Shown piece by piece: positions 49,049 through 58,366 of a DNA stretch of 64,000 nt. A program made the translations under genes and the position numbers. This DNA is from Alphaproteobacteria bacterium (lineage in GTDB: Bacteria; Pseudomonadota; Alphaproteobacteria; JAAXGF01): the NCBI GenBank assembly GCA_963555825.3, contig CAUVXB020000002.1:2560001-2624000 (forward strand). Direction: 5' to 3'. The notes beneath the pieces were generated by a model, which was given only the letters and a program-made list of their open reading frames with translations, ran no database searches and was not told the DNA's origin. Within the stretch, counting starts at the first letter, position 1. Every line of letters starts with the position of its first letter.

Positions 49049-50479
49049 TCACTTGCCGTGGGCCGTCCAATAGGCGCCGAACAGCGCGTCCTCGGTCGGC
49101 CGGTCCTCGGCGATCGTGGTGACCAGATGGGTGACGTTGATGAAGTGGCGCCAGTTGAGATTCTCGCTGAACGAGTTGCCCGCCCAGGTGCCGCAGCCCA
49201 TCGAGAGCGTAAAGTTGAGGCCGTTGTCGAAACTGCCGCCGTTGCCGAAGGTATGCGCCTGGTTGACCAGCACGCGCACCACGTCGAGTTGCTCGGCAAG
49301 GCGCCGGGCGTGCGCCGGTTCGGCCGTGTGGATGCCGCAGGAATGGCCCATGCCCTGATGGGCCAGGATAGCGCGGGTCTTGGCCAGCGCATCGTCGAAA
49401 TCGACGGCGCGGTAGACCGTCAGCACGAGCGAGAGCTTCTCGCCCGACAGCGGATAGCCCGGTCCGATGCCGCTCTCCTCGCAGATGAAGAAGCGCGCGC
49501 CCCGGGCCGCGGAAGGCAGGCCAAGCGCCTCGGCGGCCACGGCCGCATCGCGCGCGATGACGTCGCGCGAAAGCTTGCCGCCCGGCCACAGCCGCTCGAC
49601 GACGCGTGCCGTCTCGGCGGCGCTCGCCCGATAGCCGCCGACCGCCTCGAGCGCTGTCATGGCGGCATCATAGACATCGTCGAGCACGACCAGTGCGTTC
49701 TCCGACGAGCACGAGGTGGCGTTGTCGAAGGTCTTCGAGGCGCAGATCTTGGCTGCCGCGTCGGCCAGGTCGGCGCTCGAATCGACGATCACCGGCACGT
49801 TGCCGGCGCCGACGCCGAGCGCCGGCGTGCCGCTCGAATAGGCGCGCCGCACGTTGTTCTGCGAACCGGTGACGACGATCAGGTCGACCGCCGCCATCAG
49901 CGCCTGGGTCGTCGCCTTGGTGACCGGTTCGGGCAGCAGCTGAACGAGATCGGCATCGAGGCCTATGCGCGCCAGCTCGGCGCGCGCCAGTTCGACCGTG
50001 CGCGCGGTGGTCCGCCAGCCGCTCGGCGACGGCGCGACGATGACGGCATTGGCCCCCTTGAGCGCCATCATCGCCTTGTTGATCGGTGTCGCCGCCGGAT
50101 TGGTCGAGGGCGTCACCGCGCCGACCACGCCGACCGGCTTGGCGTATTTGACGATGCCGGTCGCCGGATCGTTCTCGATGATGCCGACGCTCTTGGCACG
50201 CATCAGGTCGCGCAGCGCGCCGAACGTCTTGCGCTGGTTCTTGACGATCTTGTCGGCGGCGTTGCCGAGGCCGGTGTCGGCGACCGCCAGTTCGGCCAGC
50301 GCGGCGGCGTTCTTGGGCTTGTAGATCGACCAGGCGAGCGCCGTGACCGCCTCGTCGACGCGCGCCTGACCGACGCCGGCGAGACAGGCCATGGCCGCGC
50401 GGGCCCGGGCGACCAGAGGATCGACGATGGCCCGCGTCTGGTCTTCCAGCTGCGCCGCCGTCGCGGCTTGTGGCTTCAT
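49049..50479 (-). CDS. sauS: Acylating aldehyde dehydrogenase, sulfoacetaldehyde dehydrogenase-like
   Basis: KNQRKTFGALRDL, TPSTNPAATP, SKTFDNATSCSSEN, NGGSFDNGLNFTLSMGCGTW..NSFSENLNWRHF. Confidence 0.75.
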   Translation of the reverse strand: MKPQAATAAQLEDQTRAIVDPLVARARAAMACLAGVGQARVDEAVTALAWSIYKPKNAAALAELAVADTGLGNAADKIVKNQRKTFGALRDLMRAKSVGIIENDPATGIVKYAKPVGVVGAVTPSTNPAATPINKAMMALKGANAVIVAPSPSGWRTTARTVELARAELARIGLDADLVQLLPEPVTKATTQALMAAVDLIVVTGSQNNVRRAYSSGTPALGVGAGNVPVIVDSSADLADAAAKICASKTFDNATSCSSENALVVLDDVYDAAMTALEAVGGYRASAAETARVVERLWPGGKLSRDVIARDAAVAAEALGLPSAARGARFFICEESGIGPGYPLSGEKLSLVLTVYRAVDFDDALAKTRAILAHQGMGHSCGIHTAEPAHARRLAEQLDVVRVLVNQAHTFGNGGSFDNGLNFTLSMGCGTWAGNSFSENLNWRHFINVTHLVTTIAEDRPTEDALFGAYWTAHGK

Positions 50480-50575
50480 GGGTCTTGGCTCCTGTCTGTC
50501 CCTGCCCTATGCGGTGCCGTTCACCGCGTAGTCGAAAATATCGTCACTGGAACGGCCGATTCGTTGGCTTGAGGC

Positions 50576-50603
50576 AAAAAACGGGGGGCCGTGAGGCCCC
50601 CCG
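50576..50603 (-). terminator. Rho-independent terminator downstream of the SBP gene
   Basis: cggggggcc-gtga-ggccccccg 9-bp stem with T6 on the minus strand. Confidence 0.8.
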
Positions 50604-50634
50604 AGGTTTGTCGTGATTTGTGTCGTTGGTTGGC

Positions 50635-52272
50635 TCAGGCGTCGAACCACAGCTCGTTGACGAACATGTAGGACGTCGGGTGCTGGGCGTAGCCCTGGAC
50701 CCGCTTGTCCCAACCGGCGAACGAACCGCGCCACAGCGGCTGCACGATCGGGCCGTCTTCCTGCATCAGCGTCTCGATCTCGCAGATCACCTCGCGCCGC
50801 GCATCGGCGTCGAGAATGCCCGAGGCCTTGACCAACAGCTCGTCGAACTTCGGGTTGGCATAGGCCGCCTCGTTCCACGGCACGCCCGAGCGATAGGCGA
50901 GACCAAGAACCATGACGCCGAGCGGACGGTGGGTCCACGACGTGAAGCCGAACGGCACCTTGTCCCAGACCTCCCAGTACTGCGCCGACGGCATCGGGTT
51001 GATGGTCACCCGGATGCCCGCCTCGGCCCACTGCTGCTTCATCACCTGGACCGCGTCGAGCTCCCACTTGGGCGACGTCTTGCCGGCGATCTCGACGTCG
51101 ATGCCGCCCGCGTGACCGGCCTCGGCCAAGAGCGCCTTGGCCGCCGCCGGGTCGCGCGTCATCTCAGGCAGCTTGCAGTATTCCGGATGGATCGGGCAGA
51201 CGTGGTGATGCTCGGCCGGCGTCCCGACATCGCCGTAGACGATGTCGCTGACCGCCTTGGTGTCGACCGCAAGACGCATCGCCTTGCGCACCCTGGGATC
51301 GTCCCACGGCGCGTTGCCGAGACGCATCCGCGCGACGCCGGTCTGCGCCGTCGGCACCGTGTAGATCTCGACATGCGACATCGACTGCATCGCCGTCAGC
51401 GTCGTGATGTCGCCCTGGTTCATGCCGTGGATCTGCTTCGACGCCAAGGCGCCCAAGACCGCCGACGGCTCGTCGCCCAGATCGAGATAGGTCACCCGGT
51501 CGACATAGGGACCGGTGCCCCAATAGTCGCTGCGCGCCTCGACAACCGCCTTCTGCTTGAAGCCGAACTCGACCAGATCGAACGGCCCGGTGCCGTTGCC
51601 GCCGACGCCGAACTTGCCGCCCTCCTCGGGATCGATCATCGGGAAGGGATAGTGGAACAGATGTTCCGGAACCGCCAACTCGGCGACCTTCGCGTTGAGC
51701 CGAACGGTGTGCGAATCGATCTTCTCGACGGCGTTGGCGTCCCACTTCGCCGAACCGTCGTCGTTCATCATGTAGCCCTTCATCAGGCCCAACACCGACG
51801 AACCCGTGTCCGGGTCCAAGACGTGGTTGATGTTCCACACCACGTCGTCGGCATCGAACTCGCGCCCGTTGTGCCACTTGATGCCCTTGCGCACGTTCAG
51901 CGTCCAGGTCCGCAAGTCGTCCGACGCCGACCAACTCTCCAACAGATAGGGCCGCGTCACGTTGTCGGTCCCGGTCTTGGTCAGATACTCCAGCACGTCG
52001 CGCGCGATGTCGGCGCCCCAGCTGAAGGTATGCGGATCCTTGACGTCGATGACGCCCGTCGCGATGCGCAGATGACCGCCCATCTTCGGCGTCGCCGCCT
52101 GCGCACGCGGCGCGAAACTCTCGCCCGTCACCCGGCCCATGAAGGCATAGGCCGTCGCGGCCGACATGCCCAACAGCGTCGACGTGCGCAAAAACTCCCG
52201 CCGGTCGACCTTGCCCTCCGCGAAGTTCCGCTTCAGGGTCGGGATGTAACTATGTTCCCTGACTTCTTTCAT
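50635..52272 (-). CDS. ABC transporter substrate-binding protein family 5 (Tat signal), orphan in this window
   Basis: DRREFLR, PYLLESW, VRKGIKWHNG.EFDADDV, GTGPF, DPRVRKAM. Confidence 0.9.
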   Translation of the reverse strand: MKEVREHSYIPTLKRNFAEGKVDRREFLRTSTLLGMSAATAYAFMGRVTGESFAPRAQAATPKMGGHLRIATGVIDVKDPHTFSWGADIARDVLEYLTKTGTDNVTRPYLLESWSASDDLRTWTLNVRKGIKWHNGREFDADDVVWNINHVLDPDTGSSVLGLMKGYMMNDDGSAKWDANAVEKIDSHTVRLNAKVAELAVPEHLFHYPFPMIDPEEGGKFGVGGNGTGPFDLVEFGFKQKAVVEARSDYWGTGPYVDRVTYLDLGDEPSAVLGALASKQIHGMNQGDITTLTAMQSMSHVEIYTVPTAQTGVARMRLGNAPWDDPRVRKAMRLAVDTKAVSDIVYGDVGTPAEHHHVCPIHPEYCKLPEMTRDPAAAKALLAEAGHAGGIDVEIAGKTSPKWELDAVQVMKQQWAEAGIRVTINPMPSAQYWEVWDKVPFGFTSWTHRPLGVMVLGLAYRSGVPWNEAAYANPKFDELLVKASGILDADARREVICEIETLMQEDGPIVQPLWRGSFAGWDKRVQGYAQHPTSYMFVNELWFDA

Positions 52273-52523
52273 GACGTCATATCTCCCTGTTCGCGTGCCG
52301 AAAATTCAATCGGGTTGGAGCCCGCAGAACTCGACAACGCATTATTCCTGGGTGCGAACCCTGCGCCCATATATCGGCCCCACCAATGCGCGTCGAATTG
52401 ATCAAGCACGTCTGGTGTGACTTGACCGAATATCGTACACGTCGAGCGAATGTTCGGCGACCCCTTTTGTTTTCGCCTGCGGACAACCGAATTCGGGCCA
52501 ATTTGTCAGGGACTAGCGACACC

Positions 52524-53435
52524 ATGAACGACGCAATCGCCGCCTTGGCGGGCATTCCGCTTTACCGCGGTATCGACCCGGGCCGGCTGTCGATCACGCG
52601 GTTGGGCGGCCTAAGCAACCGCAGCTTTCGCGTCGCCGGGCCGTCCGGCGTCCACGTCTTGCGCCTCGCCGGGGCCGCCGCCGACACCATCGTCGATCGC
52701 CGCGCCGAGGCCGCCAACGCGCGCGCCGCCGCGGCGGCCGGCATCGGCCCCGAGGTGCTCTATGCCGACCCCGGGAGCGCCGTTCTGCTGACCCGCTTCA
52801 TCGACGGCGTGACCATGAGCCGGGAAGGCTTCCGCGAGCCGGGGGCCGTCGCGCGCGCCGCGCTGGCGCTCCGCCGGCTGCACGCCACGGGCGCGCGGTT
52901 CGCCGGACGGCTCGACCCGTTCGCCGCGCTGACCGGTTATGTGGCGGAGATCGAGCGGCGCGGCGCGCCGCTGCCCGACGGCTGTGCCGCGGCGCTCGTC
53001 GAGGCGGCGCCGGTCGGCCCGGCGCTCGCGGCGCATCCGCCGGCGCCGGCGCCCTGCCACGTCGACCCGGTGCCGGAGAACTTCATCGACGCGGGCGTCA
53101 GCATGTATCTCATCGATTATGAATACGCGGCGATGGCCGATCCGATGTGGGACCTCGCCTACTTCGCCATCGAGGCCGATTTGGACGCCACGCGCGAGGC
53201 CGCGCTTCTCGACACCTATTTCGACGAGCCGCCGCCGGCGCGCATGGCGGCGCGGGTCGCGCTCTACAAGCCGATCTGCGACCTCGTCTCGGCGACCTGG
53301 GCGGCGTTGATGGCAGCGCGCGGTGAGCGTTCGGGCGGCCTCCTGGCCGACGCCGATGCGCGCATCGCACGCTGCCGTAGCGCACTGGCCGAGCCGGCGT
53401 TCCGGCGCCACCTCGATCGGGTCGCCGAGACATAG
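52524..53435 (+). CDS. Choline/ethanolamine kinase-like phosphotransferase
   Basis: LGGLSNRSF, VLRLAG, PCHVDPVPENF, LIDYEYA.M.DPMWDLA; start ATG 52524. Confidence 0.85.
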   Translation: MNDAIAALAGIPLYRGIDPGRLSITRLGGLSNRSFRVAGPSGVHVLRLAGAAADTIVDRRAEAANARAAAAAGIGPEVLYADPGSAVLLTRFIDGVTMSREGFREPGAVARAALALRRLHATGARFAGRLDPFAALTGYVAEIERRGAPLPDGCAAALVEAAPVGPALAAHPPAPAPCHVDPVPENFIDAGVSMYLIDYEYAAMADPMWDLAYFAIEADLDATREAALLDTYFDEPPPARMAARVALYKPICDLVSATWAALMAARGERSGGLLADADARIARCRSALAEPAFRRHLDRVAET

Positions 53436-53461
53436 TCGGTCCGCGAACCCCACGAAGGCGA

Positions 53462-53707
53462 TTAGGGCCGATGGGCGTGGACCAGGAGGCCGCGGATCGT
53501 CGTCTCGCCGAGCGCGCGGGCGGCCTCGAGCCGGTGCAGGCCCTCGACCAGGACGTAGCGGCCGCGGCCCTCGCGCACCAGGATCGCGGTCCGCTGGCCC
53601 TCTTCGATCATGCTTTCGGCGATCGCCTCGACGGTCTTTTCGTCGAGCGTCTTGCGCCGTTTTACCGGCACGTAGATGTCGTCGATGTTGAGCGTTACGT
53701 CTTCCAT
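53462..53707 (-). CDS. Small ParB/Sulfiredoxin N-terminal domain protein
   Basis: 81 aa; IAESMIEEGQRTAILV...LVEGLHRLEAARALG. Confidence 0.8.
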   Translation of the reverse strand: MEDVTLNIDDIYVPVKRRKTLDEKTVEAIAESMIEEGQRTAILVREGRGRYVLVEGLHRLEAARALGETTIRGLLVHAHRP

Positions 53708-53718
53708 TGCGTCCCCGA

Positions 53719-54195
53719 TTATGCGCCGGTCCAGACCAGATCGAAATACTCGCACACGACGTCGTGGTCCTCGCGCCAGTCGACGCCCCATCGGGCGCAC
53801 TGCTTCTCGAAATAGCGCCGATGGACCGTCGCCCAATAATCGCGGCTCAAATCACCTTCGCCCTCGGCGACGGCGAGTTCGGGGCCGACCGCGTCGAACG
53901 GCGCGACCTCGACCTTCGTGACGCGCACGATGCAGAGCGTTGCGCCGGCCTCGTCGAGCACCACCAGGTAATCGCCGGGCGCGCGCCGGCGCACGCCGTT
54001 GCGCGCGAAATCGAGCGCCAGATGACAGGTCGCCCGCTTCTCGCCGCTCCGCGCCAGACGGCCGATCTTGCCGACGTTGGCGCTTAAGCCCGGGTCGGCG
54101 AAGGTCGCGGCGTGATAGTCGGCATGCGGCGTATCCGTTGCCGCGCGGAACGCCTGCCAGTATGCCTCGACGTCGGGCGTCTTCTCGCCGATCAT
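53719..54195 (-). CDS. ASCH domain protein
   Basis: SGEKRATC, PGDYLVVLD, AEGEGDLS..YW..VHRRYF, VVCEYF. Confidence 0.85.
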   Translation of the reverse strand: MIGEKTPDVEAYWQAFRAATDTPHADYHAATFADPGLSANVGKIGRLARSGEKRATCHLALDFARNGVRRRAPGDYLVVLDEAGATLCIVRVTKVEVAPFDAVGPELAVAEGEGDLSRDYWATVHRRYFEKQCARWGVDWREDHDVVCEYFDLVWTGA

Positions 54196-54335
54196 GCGGT
54201 GATTCCTTCGCGTCGCGTCCGCCACCAGACTAACCGGTTTACACGGCCGCGTGTAGCGCATGGGAGGGTCGCCCAGGTTCCCTATCGCACGCGGCGCGCG
54301 CCGATGATAAAGCTCAAGGCCGGGGAGGCGAGGCC

Positions 54336-55259
54336 ATGATGCGCGCGCGACGCAATACGGCGCTGGTGGACGAACCTGGCGCGACGGCCGACAACACCGC
54401 CGGCAGCCTGCAGACCGGCATCCTGTTGATGCTCGCCTCGGGCGTCGTCTTCGCGCTGCTCGACACCGGCGCCAAATACCTGACCGCGGACTACCACGTG
54501 TTCCAGGTCGTCTGGGGCCGCTACTTCTTCTCGATGGCGCTGCTGCCGATGATCGTCGGCCGGGTCAACCCGATGCGTGTCGCGCGCACCAAGCATCTGA
54601 CGCTGCAGATCGTCCGCTCGCTGCTGCTGCTTGCCGCCACCGCCTTCTTCTTCACGGCGCTCCGTTTCATCCCGCTCGCCGACGCCACGGCGATCAGCTT
54701 CGTCGCGCCGCTGCTGCTCACCATGCTGGCGATCCCGCTGCTCGGCGAGACCGTCGGCCGGCGGCGCTGGAGCGCCGTGATCGTCGGCCTGATCGGCGCC
54801 TTGATCGTCATCCGGCCGGGCTTCGGATTAGCCGGTTGGGCGACCTTGCTGCCGCTCTGCTCGGCGCTCGCCTACACGCTCTACCAAATCGCCACGCGCA
54901 AGCTCTGCGCGGTCGACCCGCCGGTCACCATCTTCCTCTACACCGGCATCGTCGGCACGGCGGTGATGACCGCGGTGGTGCCGTTCTTCTGGTCCTGGCC
55001 GACGCTTGGCGGCTGGCTTCTGATGATCGCGCTCGGCGTGCTCGGCGGCGGCGGCCACTATCTGGTGATCCAGGCGTTCCGGCGCGCGCCGGCATCGGCG
55101 CTGTCGCCCTTCACCTTCGCCGTCATCATCTGGACGACGCTCTCCGGCTATCTGGTGTTCGGCGACGTGCCCGACGCGCCGACCATCGCCGGCGCCGGGG
55201 TGATCATCTTGAGCGGCGTCTACGTCTTCTACCGCGAGCGCGTCGTCAAACTGAACTAG
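54336..55259 (+). CDS. DMT/EamA family transporter
   Basis: About 10 TM helices; PLADATAISFVAPL, LGETVG.RRW, APASALSPF. Confidence 0.9.
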   Translation: MMRARRNTALVDEPGATADNTAGSLQTGILLMLASGVVFALLDTGAKYLTADYHVFQVVWGRYFFSMALLPMIVGRVNPMRVARTKHLTLQIVRSLLLLAATAFFFTALRFIPLADATAISFVAPLLLTMLAIPLLGETVGRRRWSAVIVGLIGALIVIRPGFGLAGWATLLPLCSALAYTLYQIATRKLCAVDPPVTIFLYTGIVGTAVMTAVVPFFWSWPTLGGWLLMIALGVLGGGGHYLVIQAFRRAPASALSPFTFAVIIWTTLSGYLVFGDVPDAPTIAGAGVIILSGVYVFYRERVVKLN

Positions 55260-56170
55260 CCGGCCTGCTCGGCGACGACGGCCGGCCAGTCCTTTTCGGC
55301 CCGCCACCCCAAAAGGTCGCGGGCGCGCGTCGTGTCGATCGCGCTGGCGTCGGGCCGGGCGGCATAGCGCGCCGGATTGCGCAGCTCGGGCAGCGCGCCA
55401 TAGACCGCGCGTATGTGGTCGAGCGTCGCCGCGTTGCCGACCGAATCGGCGGCCGCGACGTTGGCGACGAGCGACGGCAGCCCCTCGAACTCGAGCGCGC
55501 GGCGGAACGCCCGCGCGGCGTCGCGCGTGGTCACGTAGGAACGCAGCACCGGCAGGCCGTCGTAGGGCTGGGGCGTTTCATCACCGGGCTCGAGCGCGAC
55601 CACGCCGCGCGCCGCCAGGAACGCGAGCTGCTCGACGATGGCGCCGACCGCCTCGGGACGCACGATCAGCGTCGGGCGCAGGCACAGGGTCTCCATCCGG
55701 CCGCGCCGCGCGAAGCTTGCCGCGACGGTCTCGACGAGCAGCTTGGTCAGCCCGGAGACACCCGAAGGACGTGGCGGGTGGTCTTCGTCGATCGGCAGAT
55801 AGAACGGCGGCTTGTCGCGCGGACCGAGGCCCTGGGCGGCACTCGAGGAGGCCAGCACGACCTTACGGATGCCGAGTTCATGGGCCGCGTGCAGCACGTT
55901 CCAGCTGCCCTGCACGTTGGTCTCGAAATAGGTCTTGTCGGTCGCCGGCACGCCGTCGTCGATCGCCGCCAGATGGACCACCGCGTCGTGGCCGGCGAGC
56001 GCCGCGGCGACCGCGTCGAGGTCGAGCACGTCCACCGCGGCATAGGCGATGCCGGCGGCCGGCGTCGCGATGTCGAGCACCGTGACCTGGGCATGGCCCG
56101 CGAGTTCCTCGACGACATAACGCCCGAGGCGCCCACTGCCGCCGGTCACCGCGACGCGATCGAACTTCAT
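55256..56170 (-). CDS. NAD-dependent epimerase/dehydratase (extended SDR)
   Basis: VTGGSGRLG, VVHLAA, TNVQG, LASS; YxxxK position reads SGLTK; start ATG 56170. Confidence 0.85.
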   Translation of the reverse strand: MKFDRVAVTGGSGRLGRYVVEELAGHAQVTVLDIATPAAGIAYAAVDVLDLDAVAAALAGHDAVVHLAAIDDGVPATDKTYFETNVQGSWNVLHAAHELGIRKVVLASSSAAQGLGPRDKPPFYLPIDEDHPPRPSGVSGLTKLLVETVAASFARRGRMETLCLRPTLIVRPEAVGAIVEQLAFLAARGVVALEPGDETPQPYDGLPVLRSYVTTRDAARAFRRALEFEGLPSLVANVAAADSVGNAATLDHIRAVYGALPELRNPARYAARPDASAIDTTRARDLLGWRAEKDWPAVVAEQAG

Positions 56171-56440
56171 GGTCGGCCCTCCCTTCGGTGCCGCGTCCTT
56201 TGTAGCCTGTCGCGATGGCGCCGGGAACGGTGGTGTCGCGGTTTGAAGTTTGACGTGGCTCGAAAGCAAGAAACTGCGGCGTATGCCGGCTGATCGTCCG
56301 AGAGCGGCCATCGTTCTGGTACGGCCATTGAGTCCGGGTGTAAGCAGGAACGGACCTAAGATTAAGAGTTGGAAATACGGAAATTTCCAAATTTAAGGCT
56401 TGTGGAAATCCTTTTCGATAATACCCACCTTGCAATCGCC

Positions 56441-58021
56441 TCATTCGAAATACTGTTTTACTGCCTTCTGGTATTGCTCGAAGTTGAATTGCTGATACCA
56501 CCCGGCGAATGCGCCCATCCCTTTCCCATCGGCCTCTCGGCCGTGTTTTGAGAGCAGAACGGCGTAATCGCGTAGGGTTTCAGAGGGGTCGAATCCGAGA
56601 TCCCCGCTTTCGGAACTGTTCCAGCTTTGGCGGAGCCGCACTATCCCTTGGTCGATTTCCATCGCCTTGGCGTCGTTGCCCGTCTTCCTCAGGAGTGCGG
56701 CATAACGCTCCAGGCTTAACAGCACGCCCCGCGCCAGCCTGATCACCATCTGCTGCGAGCGGTCGCCGAGGTCGTACGCCTTCTTGTAGTCTCCGAGCGC
56801 GATTTCATGTTGGCCGAGGGTTTCGTACGCGTAAGCCCTGTTGGCGAAGGCACGGGGATAATCCGGCTTCAAGCGGATCGCGGCATCAAAATCCCGGATC
56901 GCCGAATCTGGCTGACCTGTCTGGCCATAAGAGGCGCCCCGGTTAAGAAAGGCCGTGCCGAGTTGATCGTTGCCTAGGTTCCCTTCGTCGATGCAGCGCG
57001 AGAAGTGTTCAATCGCCAGATCGTGGTCTTGGGCGGTGACTGCCACGGCGCCTTTGAGGCAGTACTCTATATTCACCGCCGATGCGGTGGTCGGTGGCCC
57101 CCGCTCGAGAAGCTGATCCGCCTCAGCATCCCCGCCCTGGGCACGATACGTCTTTGCCAAGTTGCTGAGGCTCTGAGCCACGGCGGGATCGTCCGGGCCG
57201 AGGGCCTTCTCTCGGATCGCCAATGCGCGTTTGTATAGCGGCTCGGCGTCGGCGTAGCGGCCCTGGGTGGAGTACAGCACGGCGAGGTTGTTGAGGCTCG
57301 TGGCGACGTCGGGATGCTCTCGTCCGAGGGCCTGTTCTTTGATGTCCAGCGCACGTTTGTAGAGCGGTTCCGCATCGTCATAACGGCCTAGGTCTGCGTA
57401 CAGTTTGGCGAGGTTGTTGAGCAGTCTCGCCGTATTGCGATGGTCGGGGCCGAACTCCCGCTCACCGAGTTCGAGCGCCTTACGAAAAGCCGGAATAGCC
57501 TGCTCGAATTGGCCGGCCTCGTAGAGGGCCTGACCTTCGCGGTAGACGTCCATGCGCCACCACTTCATCGCCTGGGCGTAGCTCCCCGGCATGCCCCGGC
57601 CCTCGTGGTAGATACGGCCTAGGCCCCTTTGGGCCCCAGGGTGACCTTGGTCAGCCGCTAAGCGGATCCACCTCAACGCCTCGGCATAGTCCTGCGGGAC
57701 GCCCTGGCCCTTTTCGTACATACGACCGAGGGAGGATTGGGCCCCGGCATGGCCCCAGTTGGCTGCCATACGAAACCACTTCGCCGCCTCGGTGTAGTCC
57801 CGTGGCACGCCTTTGCCGTAATAGTACATGGCGCCGAGGCCGACCTGGGCTCTGGCGTTGCCCTGCTTGGCAAGTGGACGCAATTCGAGGAGGGCCGTTG
57901 CGTAGTCTCCGCGTTTGTACGCTGCTATGCCCTCGTAATAGTCCGCATTGGCGGGCACGACGCCCGCGGGCGAGAGCCACAGGACGAAGAGGACAAGTTT
58001 GAGCGCCCGACGGATGATCAT
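56441..58021 (-). CDS. Secreted Sel1-repeat / TPR mosaic protein
   Basis: Signal peptide; Sel1 repeats (GKGVPRDYTEAAKWF, GQGVPQDYAEALRW); HPDVATSLNNLA TPRs; a further TPR pair. Confidence 0.87.
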   Translation of the reverse strand: MIIRRALKLVLFVLWLSPAGVVPANADYYEGIAAYKRGDYATALLELRPLAKQGNARAQVGLGAMYYYGKGVPRDYTEAAKWFRMAANWGHAGAQSSLGRMYEKGQGVPQDYAEALRWIRLAADQGHPGAQRGLGRIYHEGRGMPGSYAQAMKWWRMDVYREGQALYEAGQFEQAIPAFRKALELGEREFGPDHRNTARLLNNLAKLYADLGRYDDAEPLYKRALDIKEQALGREHPDVATSLNNLAVLYSTQGRYADAEPLYKRALAIREKALGPDDPAVAQSLSNLAKTYRAQGGDAEADQLLERGPPTTASAVNIEYCLKGAVAVTAQDHDLAIEHFSRCIDEGNLGNDQLGTAFLNRGASYGQTGQPDSAIRDFDAAIRLKPDYPRAFANRAYAYETLGQHEIALGDYKKAYDLGDRSQQMVIRLARGVLLSLERYAALLRKTGNDAKAMEIDQGIVRLRQSWNSSESGDLGFDPSETLRDYAVLLSKHGREADGKGMGAFAGWYQQFNFEQYQKAVKQYFE

Positions 58022-58100
58022 TCTCCACTGCCCTTCTGTTCGTTGAGGGCGTTGATCGAGATGCTATCACACTGAGGCGCGTGATTCACCGATGCCCGTT

Positions 58101-58270
58101 CCGGCTCAAAAGCCGCTGTGCCGATGGCCGTGCGTCGAGGTCCGCTGTCGCGCGCAACGCAGACATGATCCGCTGAAAAGCCGACATTCCGGGCGATGAT
58201 TCGACTGAATTTCAAACCGACAGACCACCCGGGGGAACCGCGCCATGCCACGGTACGTGAGACCGACGCG
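58101..58270. repeat. About 170-bp dispersed direct repeat, copy A
   Basis: Colinear similarity to 60830-60996 (gctgtgccgatg, gacatga.ccgct.aaaagccgac.ttccgggcgatgat, gaatttcaaac, tgccacgg.acgtg.gaccgacgcg). Confidence 0.8.
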
Positions 58271-58366
58271 CCGCGCAGATACCACCTCAAAGGGCTTCTT
58301 TACTCAAGGGCGTTTCTGACCGTCCGGCGGAAGCGATCAAGCAGGCGCGCGTCCGAAAACCGAAAA

